DNA of 63,101 nt, counting the filler, from Choristocarpus tenellus KU-1152 (Eukaryota; Protista; Phaeophyceae): the NCBI GenBank assembly GCA_964200185.2. It is 14 parts of 14 records of this genome, joined end to end, with 100 filler letters (N's around TTAATTAATTAA, not from the genome) between each part and the next. Parts side by side here need not be neighbours in the genome. Positions count along the whole stretch, not along the records: positions 49,383 to 54,381 come from CAXNAD020012221.1; positions 54,482 to 58,641 come from CAXNAD020015918.1; positions 58,742 to 63,101 come from CAXNAD020014925.1; 11 more parts are not named here. One strand, given 5' to 3'. The notes beneath the pieces are model-generated. The model saw nothing but the letters and a program-made list of their open reading frames with translations, ran no database searches and was not told the DNA's origin. Below are positions 49,383-60,749 of the stretch, piece by piece. Both the position numbers and the translations under genes were made by a program. Each line of letters starts with the position of its first letter. Position 1 is the first letter of the stretch.

Positions 49383-49404
49383 CCCCCCCAAGATACTTTG
49401 ACCC
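49383..49404. mobile_element. TIR terminus at contig start
   Basis: CCCCCCCAAGATACTTTGACCC. Confidence 0.7.
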
Positions 49405-49419
49405 ACCTGTAGAGCAGTT

Positions 49420-50350
49420 GATAGAAGACCAAAGAAATTGGTGGATGATGAAAATAATAAGAGGGCTTTTGGTCAATCCATCACCCCACTTATGCATCAG
49501 TCTTTATCTTTATCTTGAATGAAACTTTGAGTCGAGCTTTGAGCTAAGCACTGAGTGGAATATCAAGAAGAGAAGGACACCTGACACACTACAAACTGTT
49601 GTAAAGGGCAACACCCCCATAGCGTCGTTTTAAGGTCGTTGGATTTGAGTTGTACATCCTGTAGAGGTGAGTTCTGAGGGGCGCCTGTAACATGGAGGTA
49701 CTACCGCCTCTCTTCAAATTGGAGAGAGTACTCAGATATTCACCTCAACACTTAGGATTCTTTGTAGCTCCCTTCGATAGCCTGGAACTTTTTTTTCACC
49801 TGGTTCGGTGGTCTCCTTGGTTGGTTCTGGATCACCTTCGTCGTCTACGGGACTTCTCTCTACTTGGCCTCGTCGTCTCCTTTGGTGTGATAGCATCTGT
49901 GGCTCCGAGGGAACCATCATCCTTCTATAGTTGTACAACAAGTGGTCTCTGACTGTCAAATCATCCACCTATAGTCGTAAATGAGTGATTTCTGGCCGCC
50001 ATGGTATAGAGGTTGACTAGGTAGTTCTTCCTCACCATTCGTACACTCACATTCCCGATCTGTTTTTTGTGTGTCACAGTGTCCTTTTACTTCATAGGTT
50101 GCGCTGGGAATTAGTAATTCGGAGAGGTTCAAGCCCAGTGCCAGACTTTGCGAGAATTCCAATAGCAGTTGTGACGGCTCAACGCGTTTATGTATTGCGT
50201 CCACGCATCAAGAACTTAACCCCTTTCCACAATCTCAAAAGAAACGAGGAGATCTGTCGACCATTGTTGGAATCCACGGGTTTAGTTGGAACTGGAGTCC
50301 CCATGTTGGAAACAATTGGCAGAGTCGGAACAGAAGCCCCTATGTCGCCA
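49420..50350 (-). mobile_element. Possible 3' end relic of an LTR retrotransposon
   Basis: Minus-strand purine tract GAAGAGAGGCGGTAG shortly before TGTTACA (~49692), preceded by broken ORFs; weak. Confidence 0.3.
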
Positions 50351-50614
50351 TGTGGCAATTAATACATGCTGTCGCAGCACGATTCGAGGTGATAGATGAT
50401 ACTTGTTGTCCTGACCTGTGATAATCGCCTGTGGTAAGCGTGAAGCATGTATTCCTAGTTCACGCTGGGGGGCATGTTGCAGGCGAATAGCATGTCTGCC
50501 TTTTCGCATTCCAACCAGTGTTAGTAGCCTTGTTATGACATTTACTATCTTTTGTGGTTTTTAGACATTTTTGTTTATATTGGAGACATGATTCTTGTAT
50601 TCTATTGTTTGTGT

Positions 50615-51135
50615 TTATAGTTCTGAAGGGGGAAGCGTTTATGGGAGTACCCTATTTCAGTGCCATTGTGATTTTGCATCCATATTCATTTGAGTCGATA
50701 TTTGTGAGGGGGGAGTCTTACTATGACACTCCCTATTTTCTGAGTCTTTTTTTGTTTGTATGTTCTTAGTTCGCAGCTAGGGCAAGCCTTTATTTGTCAG
50801 TACCTTATGTTTGTTTGTGACTGTGATACATGATCTTGGTGTCCCATAGTTTTTGTTTATAGTTGTGAAGGGGAACAGTCTACGGCAGTACCCTATTTCA
50901 GTGCTATTGTAATTTTTTGCCTGTATTCACTTTTGTTGATATTTGTGAAGAGGGAGAGACTTGCTGAGATACTCCCTATTTTTTTGTATATGTTCATATT
51001 TCCTAGCAAGGGTAAGCCTCTCCATGACAGCACCCAATCTCTTTGTGACTGCGAGTCGTGGTCTTAGTGTTGTGTCGTTGCTGCGTTTTAGTTCTGAAGG
51101 GGGAGAGTCTATGTAGACAGTACCCTACTTTTGAC
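50615..51135. repeat. Degenerate ~235-240-bp tandem repeat with ~80-bp subunits
   Basis: AGTT(C/G)TGAAGGGG...AGTACCCTA recurs at ~50619, 50860 and 51090; TTTGTGA..GGGAG...ACTCCCTATTTT at ~50701 and 50942. Confidence 0.7.
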
Positions 51136-51790
51136 GTGCGTATGAGACTCTGGTGTAGGAGTTTTCTTTTGAACGTTGAGTCAAATGCAGAGTGAGTGCC
51201 GTGAGGTGCGAGTGTCATGCTAACATATCTGTCGTCAGGGCAAACGTTGGAAGGGGGTTTTCCCTCCAGGTTTCCTCCTCCGCTGGATCCCCAACGCTGC
51301 CTACTCATATGTTAGGACCTGGAAGTGACATTCTTCATTTCATTTCTGCTGCGTTCATGATGGGGGATGAGGAGTGACATTATATTTCCTTGTCCAATCG
51401 CCTGTTTATCGCATTGAAGCAGTTATGCTTCATGCTAGGGGGGCAGAATGATATTCTAATCGTTGCACCAACAAATACAGATACAAACCACATCCTTCAT
51501 TGATCTAATACGTTTGAAACGTACGAAACGAGAAGGTCAAAAAAATACAGACACCCCCTGTCCCAGTTCAGTATGAAATCCTATGCTGTTTGATATTCGT
51601 ATTTTTTTAACGCAATTCTCATAAAAAATGTGAAATCTGAGTTTTGAGGATCAACAGACCAGACGACATAAAACAGCACCTCCCATCCCTCAGTCCTCAT
51701 TTCAATTCCCTTCAGTAGATACCATGCAGACCTCTTACTTATCCATGCCCATCACACACCCCCAATCTTTGCCATGTCGAATATTCCAAG

Positions 51791-54008
51791 AACAACAACC
51801 CACCCGCCCGCCGATGGGAAGATTTGGAATCCAGAACGCAGGACCTAACCCCTACTGGCATGTCCCAGCTATTGGATGAACATTATCTGGGCTCATACAA
51901 GCTTAAACTTGTTCACGTCACATGCACAGATATGGTGCGTACTTTAAGCGAGCGTGGCCTTGCGCGCGTTCAGAAGTCTATAGAGGACAAAGACTGCCTG
52001 GATCAGTTTGCTCCGAGTGTTATCATCCAGCGAGCAAGTTTAGGCAATATGGATAAGCTAAACGCCGAAACTGCGCTTGCCTTTGAAGGGCGTGTATTGG
52101 ACGGAAACCATAGAGTAACGGTGCTGAAGAGAGTGTTTGATCCCGAGCACGCTTTCACCATGCGGATCTACATGGAGTTCGAGCAAACGGAAGAGAGGCT
52201 AATTGCCAACGGTGGGTAATGGACTGTTTTCGTTGTTCTATAATTGCCTGACCGTTCTGATCAACTAAGCACCGAAGTAATGTAGTGTTTTCGTTGTTCC
52301 GTGATCGCCTGATGACTATTCTGATATACAAAGTTGTTGTCGAGTTGCCCCAGCTATGTTCATTGTCAGTCAGCCCATTGTGGATATTTTCGTTGTTCAT
52401 CTTTTTCATCCCTCGTGGTATTCCTGTTCATAGCAACATGTTTCTCGAAAAATACTGGCCGCGTTTGTCCCACAATCGCTCCCCACCTAACCCTCTTCCC
52501 GTTTGCCCACTGCACCGCCATGCTTATAGCACTCAACGACGCGACCAAGTGTGTGGTTGAGCGCACATTATACGATAAGATATATTTTCAGCACAAGCTC
52601 CAAGAATCTATCAAGCGACAGACGAAGAAGAAATAAGTATCACTAGGAGAGATCCGCAGAATGTACCAAAAGGTGAGAGAGTTGTCGACATTGGTGGGAT
52701 GATCGCGCTCTACTCCTCCTCTAGTTGGGTTACAGCTGTTGCGAGATATCCCTGTGTCGAACTATTCAACCTAAGTTGAGATAGTTATCCCGCGTTTAGA
52801 TACCCTGTCAACCAACTTATTGATCTTCAGGTGACCATGTAGTATGTATGTGTGGTTAACCACAGACGTGCAATAAAAATTATTTCTTGATTCTTTTATC
52901 GACGGTGTTGCCTGAAACCCCCCCCCCCCACACACACACATATATACCGCGCTGGTGTGGTAATAACGATGCCTCATCCTCGCTGGCTGGGTGCATAATG
53001 TTTTCCATTTTCCGCCCATCGCGAATGTGGGCGTGACTACCCCGTCGAAATCAACTCTACGAAAATGGCAGCAAGGCATAAACTCCCTTCAACCAGAGTC
53101 CTTCAAGGTACTGAAGGAAGTATGTGAGTCCTCGTCACCACAGGTTGACTGCAATGCAATCTCACTAAACTATCTGACGACCAAGGAGTTAGCTGGCTTC
53201 ACTTCTCTCAAGCAGGGGCTATGAATCCAACTGCTTGCTAGGCAAGTCAAAACGCCACCGTGTTTTATCGTGTAAGCAGCAGTACGCACAGTTTATGCAG
53301 GTCGTAGCACATTGTACAGGAGCGTGAAAGAAGTGTCTCCTACGATGAAGAATGTAGTCGGCCGTTGTTGTGTCGAACGAAAATCCCTTCGTAGTATTCT
53401 GGTTATTCTACAGTGTGTGTTGCCTGTGTATTTATGCTCTGGTCTTTTAGGAAGTGCGACAATCGAGTGATGAATATTTGCTGCAGTGGCGACCCTTTCC
53501 TCTTCATAACCTGCGCATCATTCTCCTTGACGTCCTTCGTGGTAATTCTATTTTAACAGATACAAGTCGTTCTACGGGAAGCCTCCTACGGCGAGGGACT
53601 ACAAGGAGATCGAATCGGACGCGCACATGTCTGAGATGCTTATCTCGCGCACCAGGCAGGTTGTGCCCAAGGAGAAGTGGACATCAGAGCTCCAAAGGTC
53701 GGTAAATAGTGCAGTTGCAGTGGTTATTATTTTTTTTTTTCCGTATCTCCTGCGCACCCATACGTCGCCATGCGCCCCTGAATTGTAAAATACACGGTCA
53801 CCGTCTTTTTCTGCACCGCACTTATTGATTATTGCAAATCGTCCTGAATACTGGACGTTACATGAATGATGTACGGGCTACCAGGGAAATGGACAGGCTC
53901 GCATAAGAGAAGTGCGGTATGCACAAGCTCTGGGTCAAGCGCCACTATGAGGAGAGGAAGACGGAGGTGGCCCAACTTCTGCAGAAGGTTTCATCTGGCG
54001 ACCAACAG
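51791..54008 (+). pseudogene. Intron-containing ParB/Srx-like domain + probable HTH gene with in-frame stops (exons ~51791-52211, 52530-52672, ~53021-53241, 53560-53697, 53885-54008)
   Basis: VRTLSERGLARVQKSIEDK...RVLDGNHRVTVLK (ParB/Srx DGNHR motif); splices to ALNDATKCVVERTLYDKI...K*VSLGEIRRMYQK and PSKSTLRKWQQ; stops in three exons. Confidence 0.68.
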
Positions 54009-54320
54009 GTGGGACCCGTCCGCCAACTGAGGGAAAACATCTCCACGATAGTCGAAATGAAACCTCTGCAACGGATCAGAGTCGTGAGTGTGCGTCCTGT
54101 GTTCGTAATTACAGCTGAAATGGCTTGTACCGAAAAAAATAGTTGATGCTTGGTAGGATTGGTTGTGGATCTTCTTCGTCATCATTGGCGACAGAGTTGC
54201 CTTCCATACTACAAACTTTGCAGCTTTGTCAGTTCTAGTCTTTCGTTGCTAATAGCGGGAATAGCAAATCGTTTTCTTCAACTGTAGACAACGATCTTGG
54301 TCAATCTCCACCTCATTTCT

Positions 54321-54381
54321 GAGTGAAACTATCTTAGAGGATACGAATTTTCCCCTGTTTGCCCATTTGTGGGGCTTGGCT
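54321..54381. mobile_element. MITE family A terminus truncated by the gap
   Basis: GAGTGAAACTATCTTAGAGGATACGAATTTT... Confidence 0.8.
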
Positions 54382-54860
54382 NNNNNNNNNNNNNNNNNNN
54401 NNNNNNNNNNNNNNNNNNNNNNNNNTTAATTAATTAANNNNNNNNNNNNNNNNNNNNNNNNNNNNNNNNNNNNNNNNNNNNGCAATGCGGGCAGGAAGCC
54501 GCTGTTGTAAGTTACGGGGGGGGGGGGGAGTGGGGAAGGAAGGAGGGAGGGTATGCACTCTGTATGACCAAAAGATACACAAGATCAGAAGATAAGCGTG
54601 TCTGCTAGTGCTCACTCGCTTACTGACAAGAGCTCCGCTCTGTTCAAACGCTGCGTACTCTCTTGCGGGCAGTATCCTTTGAGCTTCTCCTGTTCTATGC
54701 ATACATATCCATCTGTTGAATGTTTTGTACTCCCTAAAGATACATGGTATACTCTACATTCTTCCCCAAGAATCACACACACACACACACACATGTTTAG
54801 AGATCTCCCTCATGCGGTACTCAAAACCACAACACTTAATTTAACACCCCTGACTTCTGA

Positions 54861-54906
<46 letters not shown>

Positions 54907-55162
54907 AAACCATCATACCCGGGCATTGCTGCTGCTGTGTACAGCAAGGCAGTAGACATTTCGTAATCTGATCATGTCTCGAGCAGCATTTCTTCAACAC
55001 TTGGAACTTTCAGGAAGGACGAAACAAAATAATGCTAAAAAAAATTTACTACCTCCAGCGATGACTCGGCAAAGGGGGCACTCTACAAGAAAAACGCCTC
55101 CTTGTAAAAAAATGTTGCTGCAACAAGAAGCATAAATACAGCTGCCCACCATTTTCGCACAC

Positions 55163-56498
55163 CGGTATCTGCGTTGTCCCTCATGAGAATTGGAGTCTTG
55201 CGTCATCCTGATCTGTATGTTCTGAAGAGGTGTCAAGCACGTTGCAGATTCTGCTGCTCCGGCAACTGTCCCAGCCGCCAAAGCATTCACAGGATACAAC
55301 TCACACCTGCCTCCTTGAAGCCATTCCGCTACTTTCTCAAATGTGGTGAAACGTATTGCAGACCTTCCCCATGCAGGCACAGTCATGGTGGAGTAGGAGA
55401 AAGGGCAATTAGCGGTGTCATGCTTCAAACCCTGGGCCACTTCCAACGATCACATAGGGTGCAACTGTGTAAGGTTTAACTACTGTGGTGCAATCCGATC
55501 CAGCATCACACGTGTGATAAATCTTTCACATCCTTAAGCTAGGTGCAGGTACCCCCAAGCACTGTACTATCGAGGCTTCAAAATGTTTACCTCGGCAAGG
55601 CAAAAGTCAACCATGGTGGAAGCCCAACGTACAGCCCTCGGACTCCACTTCGTCGAAGAGTGGCTGAAATGCACTGAAGAGGTCCCTGGGAAAAGTTGAG
55701 AATCGACAAAAGTGTGGGTGGAATATTTGAGGGATAAGATTAGAAGGCAACAACTTGGAGGAGAGTAGCTGCAAAAAATAGCTGATCACCTTTCTCACTT
55801 CATTGATACTGTTGTAAGGACGGACATGAGTTGCACCACCATCAACATCCTCTTCTATGTCCCAGAAAAAGTGGACGTATTTCTGTTGACTACCACGCGA
55901 CCATCGCACAATGATGATGCGTATACAATATAAAATACAAGGTCTCATGTAGCCCCCATAGAATACACCAGACAATATACATCTTGCGGTTCTTAACCCG
56001 AGCCTCAAATGTGAAACTGGACAACCACACCAATATCAAGCACACATTAATGGATTTCTGCGACTTGAACTTGAATATCAAGCATTGGATACTCAGGACA
56101 CTTTGCCCAAGAGTCCCACCTCATAGCGTGCCCGTGACCGCTCCGATCCTCCGACAATATCTTGCAATTGTAGTTGCACTTTGACAAACCTTCAACATTC
56201 GAGTTGGATGAGTGGAGGCTTTTGTGCTGGGGTATTTGGATGGGCCCTTTCGAGTAATCTGCATCGAGTAATCTGCATGTAGAATAAAGACGGCTTGGGC
56301 AATGGCTCAGAACAGCATAAGCAGGATTAAAGTGTTTTCTTCGTGTCTGCACGGAACACTATTGCCTGCGGCGCCTTTAAGACTACTACTTCATACTCAC
56401 TCGAGGGGAAAAGTAACACATATCTCTAGGCCACCAGTGATTGCGCCAGATATGAAGGGGTGAGCAGGGACATAGCGAGTCCCCACATCTCTGACCAT
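55163..56498 (-). CDS. Mitochondrial carrier, citrate/tricarboxylate (SLC25A1/CTP1)-like, 5' part (exons 56498-56401, 56189-56120, 55685-55591, 55363-55163)
   Basis: MVRDVG...GAITGGLEICVTFPLEFVKVQLQL...GVRGLYVGLPPWLTFALPRSAIRFTTFE...AGAAESATCLTPLQNIQIRM; carrier signature PxExxK. Confidence 0.88.
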
Positions 56499-56796
56499 TT
56501 CCAAGGTGTGTTTGGCAGCCTTTTCAATGTACGTGCTCGAGCTGGTGCCTGAGCAACTCTACACCTCATCTGACATTTCAAATTTTCGTTTGAGTAATCT
56601 TCACACCCACAACTAACAAACACCTCACACACTTCACCTTGCATGTTGTGTATATTGTATTCAAATATAATATTTTATCAACTTCGTATCATAAAAAAAA
56701 AGTACAAATGTTCATTAGGTGATTGCGAAAACAAGTGAACCTAACAGTTCGATAGAGTTTTACATGTCACCTTAAATACGCTTGTGCTCAAGGATT

Positions 56797-57615
56797 ATGC
56801 GTGTGGCGGGGTTAAGCAGATTTCTGGCAGCGGGGAGAGATGGCCGTTTTCATTGGAGTATTTTGAGACGTGGTATTCGACCTTTCTCTCTCAAAATGGC
56901 ACCTAGCAATGAGGAGGAGAGGTGACCCACTCAGACGGCCATTGACCTTTGAATGGACAAGGGATCTTGTCGCTTTCACCTTAGCGTTCTTTATTTTTGC
57001 AATAAGAAACCATAGATGACAAGTGGGGTCCATATTCCATCATATTTGGTCTTCTTGACGAGTTATCAACAATCAAAGTGCAAAATGATTCGTCATGTCG
57101 TCACGTGTATAAAGGGTGTACCATGTCAAGTACCATGTGATGCAAGCCTCCCAGCTTCGTTACTTCACAGCAGCCATGTTGATCACAGTGGTGCATAGTT
57201 GGTTCCTGTTGCCCCTTCCTGATCGTTGTTATATTTCACTACTGTAAATCACAGGTACCAAAGAGCCAATTTGTTTGACCTATCTCACCAACAATACCCA
57301 ATGAAATCTCGATCTTGCAGGTGGGAGTATGACCACGATGTTCTTATCGTTGGTGGTGGAATTGTGGGCTGCGCTCTAGCCTGCAGACTTGCAACAAACC
57401 CGACCACGGCCGGGTTGAGGGTAGGCCTTGTTGAAGCTAGGCCCCCTATTGGGCAGTGGAGAGGGGGGGGAGGGCCAGACGATTCTGGGCGGGAGGTAAA
57501 GCGAGATCCGCGTGTTTACTCGCTGACGCCGGCATCTGTGAGGCTTTTGGAGGAGATCGGCGTGTGGGGAATGTCTGGGGTGGGGGATGAGGCTGAGGAG
57601 TTCTACAACATGCAG
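56797..57615 (+). CDS. COQ6: Ubiquinone biosynthesis FAD monooxygenase COQ6 (UbiH family), 5' part (exons 56797-56921, 57321-57615)
   Basis: Arg-rich presequence MRVAGLSRFLAAGR...; DVLIVGGGIVGCALA (GxGxxG); DPRVYSLTPASVRLLEEIGVW; ...YNMQ| exon ending at a GC donor. Confidence 0.82.
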
Positions 57616-58741
57616 GCGCGATTTTCTCAGATCAGAAGATACAGGACTTGTCCTATGATGATAGTAGTGATCTGGACCAACTCTGCGAGGTTGATGGATG
57701 GTTAATGTGTAGTATAGTGTATCTCCAGTAGCTGGGGCAATGGTACAGTATCCAACACATAACCAAATTGCGCCCTCATATTAGGATTTCCTACAGAGTA
57801 ACTAACGTTCCCAAACTTGTCAGCAAGGTAGAATATGTGAAATGAAGGCGCGCATGTAGTGGGGAAGGAAAATGTGATATTTTTCGGATTGTTTCACGAA
57901 GTTTATGGGAAGGGTTTTCCCATGAACTTGTTGCGGTGGTTCAGGAGACCCAATTTTCTTTGTGGAGCAGTGACCGATGCAACACTGACTATATTGTACT
58001 ATACTACCCCCAACTATCCTTAATTCTGGGCGCAGTCGCCACTCACCATCAGGAAGGGATCATGATTGGAATGGAATTGTTTTTGACCGTGAGCTTCAGT
58101 ACACACGAATGCAATGGGAGTGTCAAGCAATTTCCTTGTTCTAGTGTTCCAGTGCTCCAAATTTCACAAGATGTTTGTTTTTTTGCACTCAAGAATGGTA
58201 CATGTCAAAATGTATATATATACTCAAGAAAGGTACATGTAAAAATGGATACATATATATATATGTGTGTGTGTGTATCTGTATGAAGTATACACTATAT
58301 AATTATATTTTCCACTTTCCATCTAGCTCCAGCACACTACGTTCAATTTTGCCTCCATAGCCTGATTTGTCTGATACTTACGTGGGTATATTCAGGTATT
58401 GTTCAGTTCTAGAGCAGGGTGAACGCATCAGCACACATCTTCTCACCCCCCGGACGTGTCCACCCGCCCTCTGTTGTCATGTCATCCACAGATCTAACCC
58501 TTACCCCAGTTACTTCCCACTACTACCAACATCCCCTCTTCCTTTCAACCTCCTCCCCCCCCCCCCCCCCCCCCCCCCCCCCACCCCCCAACTCCCTTCT
58601 TCTTTTCCTTTTTTTTTTTTTTTCTCCTTTTTTTTTTGTTTNNNNNNNNNNNNNNNNNNNNNNNNNNNNNNNNNNNNNNNNNNNNTTAATTAATTAANNN
58701 NNNNNNNNNNNNNNNNNNNNNNNNNNNNNNNNNNNNNNNNN

Positions 58742-59600
58742 TGCACTCTGTTCTGTCTGCCCCCCCCCCCGGGCTATCCTTCTCAACCAACCCCCCTTCT
58801 GGTGTAGCCCTGATAAATGCGCCAGCCGCCAAAGAAAAAATCTCCCTGGGCGTACAACATACGAGATGTGAAACAGTTTTCCCAGCAACGCCCACACATC
58901 TTCTACTCTGACTACTGACCTCTATTCTGACTGCTCTTCTAGCAATCGCTTCAACCCCCACAACTTTCCATCTGGTAAAGCAATCGTCATTTTTTCAGGG
59001 TCAATCCTCCATCCCACTACAACCTGCGTAGTATGCCAACCCGTCAACTTTTTAGCTGGCAGAATAGGGGGTTCCTCTACCTTTCTCTGCCCTAGCAATT
59101 TTATACGGTCTAACACTAGAGAGTTTGTTGCCAACTTCATTCTCCTCTCAACCTCAAACCATTGGGCCTCAACTAAATGCTGTCATCTACATACATCCTG
59201 GCAAAAAAAGGTGTCATCTACTCCCTCCCCTACCACTTCGGGAACTTTCCATGTCTCATCTAATTCACACACATCCGTTCTCCCCCTCTGCTGCGAGTAG
59301 CTTAGCCCTGTGGTCATGTCTTCTGCTGCCTTAAGTACGACTGCCGAGTGGGGTTCTGTGTGACAATGGGAAGATTCTAAAGCACTTGCCATGAGGTCCC
59401 ACCACCCTGGGCTATTCTTCCAGCCAAACTGGAGCCTAGAATCAATCACTGTCACATCTTCAACGCAATACCCAAACCTCGCTGCCCCCCTTGGTTCGAC
59501 TGGGACTTGGCGAAAAGCATCCTTGACATCCATCTTACCATGATTCTCGCCCTGGTGAATTTCTTCCTAAGCCTTATAATCCTCCTAATCATGTCCTCCA
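58742..59600 (-). mobile_element. DIRS/Ngaro-like (tyrosine-recombinase retrotransposon) reverse transcriptase relic
   Basis: MDVKDAFRQVPV...RLQFGWKNSPGWW, frameshifted MYVDD at ~59180-59195, VVGWRIDPEKMTIALPDGKL, LLGKLFHISYVVRPGRFFLWRL. Confidence 0.8.
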
Positions 59601-60299
59601 ATATGTTGAACTATCCCACACAGGACCCGCGGCTTTTATGGTGCTTTAACGAAGGACAAAGAACAGCTTGATGTAGATGAACAAATTTAATATTACAAGG
59701 GGCTTGTGGTCTCGATTCCGCTGACTATGTGGGTGAGTCTCTAGCCTTAACTACCATTATTATTTTTGTAGTGGGGGACTTGTAATCGTCCACACTATTT
59801 TACTATGATTTACTTATTTACTTATCTTAAGTATAGGAAGTGTATCTTGAACATGATATAAAAACCAATCAACACTATGAGTCAGTACATATAATATATC
59901 AGTCACTGGCTCTCCATCCTATTATCTAATCCACCGGTGGTGTCTACGTGTATCAGTAGCACCATCATCTACGAACACAATACTGTTCCGCAATGTACGG
60001 GGGGGGCATCTTTTAAATCCTTTTGTTCGTTCACACTCGGACTCCAACATATCTTAAAGATGAAGGTGGAGAAGGGCATCAAAGGAGGTATGTAGTTCAT
60101 TTGCATTCGGTATGAAAATTCCTTTTCACAAAATTTCCAAAGAATATTTCGCCCTGTGGGGAGGTTGGGTTGGAGGTGTTGGTGATACATAATATGCTTC
60201 GTTGTTTTGAGTCCTTGGAACCCTTGATCTTGCGTTCCATTTTGAGAAGTTCATTCTATGAACCTCCTCAGTCCGTTCAATTTGTCAACGAAAAACTGC

Positions 60300-60600
60300 A
60301 GTGGAGGATGTAAGAAACTCCACGACTGAAAGGTCTTTTTGCAAACGGGAAGAAAATGAGACTAGATGATATTTCGTCAGAAACCCGGTTATTTGAGCGT
60401 CACAAGGATGAGTTTGTCCTGAAGGGCTTCTACGAGATAGTGCTTACTGTGTAAGACCATAAGGTTATGCCAGGGGATTGGAGGGACACGATCACGAAGG
60501 TGATCTGCAAGAAGAAGAATGGGCAGACTGATGTAACTACAGGACATCTCCTTAATTAGTTGCAAACCCTGACGAAATGCTTCTCGTGGTACTACATAAC
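60300..60600 (+). mobile_element. LINE RT N-terminal fragment
   Basis: DWRDTITKVICKKK...CNYRTS, a degenerate W-K-x-A...KK...NYRGISL motif. Confidence 0.5.
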
Positions 60601-60749
60601 TAGGATGAGATAACTTTGAATGGGAGATGGTATAGGATGAGAAACAAGTCCTGTATCTGGTCTCGATACTCCACAGTGGACATGATGTATATCATGCATG
60701 TATTCCAGGTCAGAGCGTAAAAGCTTGTACCTCTCTCTGTTTCCATCAT

